DNA of 29,778 nucleotides, taken from contig CAZUFC010000105.1 in the NCBI GenBank assembly GCA_964619725.1, forward strand, positions 1 to 29,778. Reading direction: 5' to 3'. Within the stretch, counting starts at the first letter, position 1. Every line of letters starts with the position of its first letter. A program made the position numbers and the translations under genes. Source of the DNA: an uncultured bacterium. GTDB lineage: Bacteria > CSSED10-310 > CAZUFC01. Of this stretch, positions 26,036 through 29,778 are shown in pieces. Under the pieces are notes generated by a model. The model saw only the letters and a list, made by a program, of their open reading frames with translations. It searched no databases and had not been told where the DNA came from.

Positions 26036-29000
26036 ATGAATCAGAAAAGCGAAAAAAACGGAAAAAAGAAAAAATATGAATGCAAATTAAAATTTAGCTA
26101 CTGGCGTAAAGAAGATGAACGAAAACTCGAAGAAGATCGGAAAAAAGGTATTGAAAAGGGAAAAAAAGATAAAGCAGAGAAGAAATTAATTGAAAAAATC
26201 AATGAAAAAGATAACACGAGAGACCAGATCAATCACACGAAAGGTGAAGCCAGAGAACTTTTCAATAAAGCGCTGACGTTCTTGAGAATTCATTTTAATT
26301 ACTATCTTACTGGCTCCTGGATGCTTCCGGAAGGTTTCTGTTTTTCCAAGAAAGATGATAATTCTAAGGACAATCCGGAAAAAAAATACAAAATCACCGG
26401 TCCGCAAAATGAAAAAGATGCTTTCAGAATAGATTTTGAGAATTGGAATGAAGAAGAAGCGCCTCATATTTTATTTGAGCTGATTGAATTTCTTAAATGT
26501 ACACGGTTTGTGCATGAAATTCCATACTGGTACTGCGAGAATATAAAGCAGGAAATTTTAAGTAACCTTGATTCATCAGGTGATGATGGAAAATCTGAAG
26601 ATACCGACAAATTAAATGACTTATTGAAGAAAGAATTCATAGGCTCCGAATTAAACAAAATAATCGATAAAATAAGAACCAAAGAAAATAAAATAGAATC
26701 CAATGATTTATTGAAAGTGGAAATGCTCTACAATCTCGGAATTATCGGGAATATTTCTAATGAAATTGAAAATGATAAAATACAATCTGATGAGAAAAAC
26801 GGTGAAAACAAGAAATTGCTGAGAACAAAAATAGACCTTGCCGAAGGTAAAGACGAACTTTTGAAAAAAGACAGCCCTTCACTTCTAAAAGAACTTGAGT
26901 TTCAGAATTTTTTCGGCTTTTTAGATGGACTGGTTATTTATCGTCGGGAAAACGAGAAATTAATAGATGACGAAACGGTAACTCAAGATATCAATAATAT
27001 GAATCAAGTGGACTTTCTGAAGTTTTTTGATTTTTGCATTGATTTTTTGAGAAAGGTTTTCTGGAAGAAAATATTCTGTAATGAATCCGGAGTTCTGGAA
27101 GGCTTTTCTGGAATGTCTTATTATGAAAGTGATTTATTTAATGGAAATTTGAAACTCAGGTTTTTCGGGCCTCATCTCCCTAAAATACATTTTGATCTGA
27201 CGAGTCTTTTTAAATCATCGGAGCGAAGGAACAAGGATATTTCATATTGGTATTACAAGAATATTCACATTCACTACAATTTAAAATTGGGCGCTGCATT
27301 TCAAAATAAATTACGAAAATATGTGGAATCATTATATCAGGTTACGTCGCAGGACATTGAAAAAAGAACATCTGAGAGGGAAAATTCAGACAATATCGTA
27401 CAACTGACGGAATGGAAAGAGGCGTTAATCGGTAAAGGATTTGAATTGAGCGAGGAATTTCCGCCATTCGACGAATTCTGGAAGAAAACAAATGAGGATA
27501 CTTGCTTTACAATAATGGAAGAAAAGCGCTTACTAAACCTAACTGACCAGGAAAACGATGATCTTTTTATACTTGGACTTACAGAGTTAACTTATCAAAT
27601 GGGCATGTTGCATTTCGGGAACTCTTTTTTGGGAGAAGAAGAGCCGAAGACGGTCATAACGGTTTTCGATATACCGGACCCGAATGTTTTGAGTTCAAAG
27701 CTTTTTGGTCTTAAGACTTCTATTCCTGGATTCGATGATCTGGTTGGCGGCGGTTTGATATTGAATCCTCCTGCAGAAGGAGAATCAAAACCAGGACTTC
27801 TGGGAGTAATAAGAGGTCAGTTTGCCGGAGGAAAATCTACTTTCGCCACTCAATTAGCGCTTGAGATGGTGCGAAAAGGAGGAGCAGGTGTTTTGCTTGT
27901 TTTGGAACAGTCGATTCATGAGGTCATGGCGCAGATTCAACATTTCGGGTGGTCCAAAGGAGAGTGCAAGTTGTTTACCGTCGTGAAAATAAAGGAAGAT
28001 GAACCTGATTACAGAGGAATAATTAAAAACAAAATGGTCGACTCCCTGAAAGCAAGTAAAGGATTTTTATGTATATACAGATTAAGCGATTATTCCTTGG
28101 ACATGTTTCAGGACACTTTACAGGACTTGGCAGACATGTTTGATGATATATATAAAGACCTTCTAAAAAAGGGACACTTCAAAGACAAGGAATTCAATCC
28201 GCGTTTTATCGTCGTAGACCCTATTGATGCCGTTCATTTAATAAGAAAAAAAGAGGCTGAAGACCCTTATTTATTAAGAAACAAAACACAGGAAGAACTT
28301 GAAATCGTAACCAAAGAAAAAGGCATAATGCTCTGGTTAACGACAAGTGTTGTTGAAGATGATCCCCGCAAGTCGCCCTATTATTTTTTGCCGAATATTG
28401 GAGATGTTGTCGTTAATCTTTCATTGACGCCTTCAGAATCGAACATATCGACGAGAGAAGAGATTAATGTTCCGCCGATGCGTTTATTTGAATTCGAAAA
28501 AGTGCGGACTCAACGTTTTGCCAAAGGCGTGCATCCTTTTGAAATTAACAGTCGTAAGGGAATACATATCTATCCGGCAGGCGATGCTATAACGAAATTC
28601 GTAACATGGTTCAACAGGGAAAATAAGATTGAGGAGATTGAAGCGCCGGTATCACTGGGACATGAATCGTTGAACCTCGCATTAGGAACGAAAGGCGTTC
28701 GTCGATGCTCAGTGACAACTCTTATGGGGCCGACCGGTTGCGCTAAAACTGAGCTGGCGCTTCTTTACTTGCTCGGAAATTGGAAAGAACGAAAGATGAA
28801 AAATGAGCGGTCGTTGTTTGTCGGCTTTCGCGACACATGGGAAAGCGTGGAGGAAATTCTTAAAGGTCCTGTAGGCACTCAACTGGATTGCAGAACCAAA
28901 GAAGAAGCTCAAGAAATAATGACGCTATTGGAACTCGATGTCGGAAGCAACACCAGCGCCTGGATTTTTCAAAAAATAAAGGATGAATTCAAGAGATTAA

Positions 29001-29746
29001 GATTGCCGAAACGATATACGCGAGTGGTCGTTGACAACGTAGCCTATATGGACTTGACGGCTCCGAGGGTGCGTAATGATGAACTTTTTGTTCCCAATTT
29101 GCTCACATTGATTCGCCGGGAAGGTTTGACGCCTTTGTTCATTACCAGCTTGATCGAAGGTCCAGGAGTCAAAGAAAGTCGTTTGCAGGCACAGATAAGG
29201 GATGCATCACACAATCTTTTCGCTTTAAAAAGAAACAGCATAGAAAGCCATCATTTCATCGCCATGCAGATTAAAAAAAGCCAGAAACTGGTACATTATT
29301 CTCAACCATTTCAATTAGCCGTTAAAGAAAACGTTCCTCCTTTTTCAGGAGATGCAGCTTCAAAGCATATAATAAACTTTATTTTTTGCGCTCAACATCT
29401 CATATTTTTGGAAAAACTGGAAAAACTGATTGAAAAACCGGATGAATTAAATAACACAAGTCGATCTTCAGAAGATAACAATTATCAGGATTGTGAACAG
29501 GATAAAGAATATCCTGGCTGGATGGATGAATACTTTATGCTGATGAAGGATTTCTTTTGCCCGAAGGATTATGCATCGTGTAAAAATGTGAAAACTTTAA
29601 TCGAACAAAAGTTGAAGCCTTTAAAAAGTGATAAAGAATTGAATAAATGGTCAAAAGAGACGCTTAAAGAGGTAATTAAGAAATGCAACGAAAAATGGGG
29701 ATTCGTTACTTATGTTTTAAATACAGAGATCGTTAAAAAGGGGTGA
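26036..29746 (+). CDS. Large tandem KaiC/RAD55-family (RecA superfamily) ATPase with about 550-aa unknown N-terminal region
   Basis: Domain 1: KTSIPGFDDLVGGGL, Walker A GQFAGGKST, LEQ, Walker B IVVD, and RLFEFEKVR...KGVHPFEI..GIHIYP. Domain 2: VSLG..SL..ALG, GPTGCAKT, RVVVDNV and MQIKK. RBS GGGAGA. Confidence 0.85.
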   Translation: MNQKSEKNGKKKKYECKLKFSYWRKEDERKLEEDRKKGIEKGKKDKAEKKLIEKINEKDNTRDQINHTKGEARELFNKALTFLRIHFNYYLTGSWMLPEGFCFSKKDDNSKDNPEKKYKITGPQNEKDAFRIDFENWNEEEAPHILFELIEFLKCTRFVHEIPYWYCENIKQEILSNLDSSGDDGKSEDTDKLNDLLKKEFIGSELNKIIDKIRTKENKIESNDLLKVEMLYNLGIIGNISNEIENDKIQSDEKNGENKKLLRTKIDLAEGKDELLKKDSPSLLKELEFQNFFGFLDGLVIYRRENEKLIDDETVTQDINNMNQVDFLKFFDFCIDFLRKVFWKKIFCNESGVLEGFSGMSYYESDLFNGNLKLRFFGPHLPKIHFDLTSLFKSSERRNKDISYWYYKNIHIHYNLKLGAAFQNKLRKYVESLYQVTSQDIEKRTSERENSDNIVQLTEWKEALIGKGFELSEEFPPFDEFWKKTNEDTCFTIMEEKRLLNLTDQENDDLFILGLTELTYQMGMLHFGNSFLGEEEPKTVITVFDIPDPNVLSSKLFGLKTSIPGFDDLVGGGLILNPPAEGESKPGLLGVIRGQFAGGKSTFATQLALEMVRKGGAGVLLVLEQSIHEVMAQIQHFGWSKGECKLFTVVKIKEDEPDYRGIIKNKMVDSLKASKGFLCIYRLSDYSLDMFQDTLQDLADMFDDIYKDLLKKGHFKDKEFNPRFIVVDPIDAVHLIRKKEAEDPYLLRNKTQEELEIVTKEKGIMLWLTTSVVEDDPRKSPYYFLPNIGDVVVNLSLTPSESNISTREEINVPPMRLFEFEKVRTQRFAKGVHPFEINSRKGIHIYPAGDAITKFVTWFNRENKIEEIEAPVSLGHESLNLALGTKGVRRCSVTTLMGPTGCAKTELALLYLLGNWKERKMKNERSLFVGFRDTWESVEEILKGPVGTQLDCRTKEEAQEIMTLLELDVGSNTSAWIFQKIKDEFKRLRLPKRYTRVVVDNVAYMDLTAPRVRNDELFVPNLLTLIRREGLTPLFITSLIEGPGVKESRLQAQIRDASHNLFALKRNSIESHHFIAMQIKKSQKLVHYSQPFQLAVKENVPPFSGDAASKHIINFIFCAQHLIFLEKLEKLIEKPDELNNTSRSSEDNNYQDCEQDKEYPGWMDEYFMLMKDFFCPKDYASCKNVKTLIEQKLKPLKSDKELNKWSKETLKEVIKKCNEKWGFVTYVLNTEIVKKG

Positions 29747-29778
29747 AAAAACAGTGGATTTTTTGGACAATGGGTCAT

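Noticed and set aside
26036-29746. Circadian clock KaiC
   Set aside because: The EE pairs and Ser-Thr phosphosites are missing, the protein is more than twice the size, and no kaiA or kaiB is in view.

Overview
Bacterial chromosomal window, mostly about 50% GC by eye and more AT-rich in the last gene. The left half (1-15.7 kb) is a cell-surface protein cluster. It holds two secreted gingipain-like C25 cysteine peptidases that end in the same unnamed 114-aa C-terminal domain finishing in FGW[R/E], and two Thr/Pro-linker proteins ending in an IPTL-CTERM-like PIP-TM-basic sorting tail. It also holds two polytopic GT-C-type glycosyltransferase candidates and a frameshifted DUF2341-type gene remnant. 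The middle has a divergent module of S51 peptidase, alpha/beta esterase and ATP-grasp ligase, followed by a Phd-VapC toxin-antitoxin pair. The right has thiI (with rhodanese), fbp, a DUF523-DUF1722 (RudS/YbgA-like) gene whose third Fe-S cysteine is replaced by Ser, and a 1236-aa double-KaiC/RecA ATPase with a long, internally duplicated unknown N-terminus. Two families of intergenic inverted repeats interleave across the region, one of them apparently nested inside a REP-like element. No rRNA, tRNA, CRISPR array or transposase was seen. All calls come from motif recognition by eye; no database searches were run.
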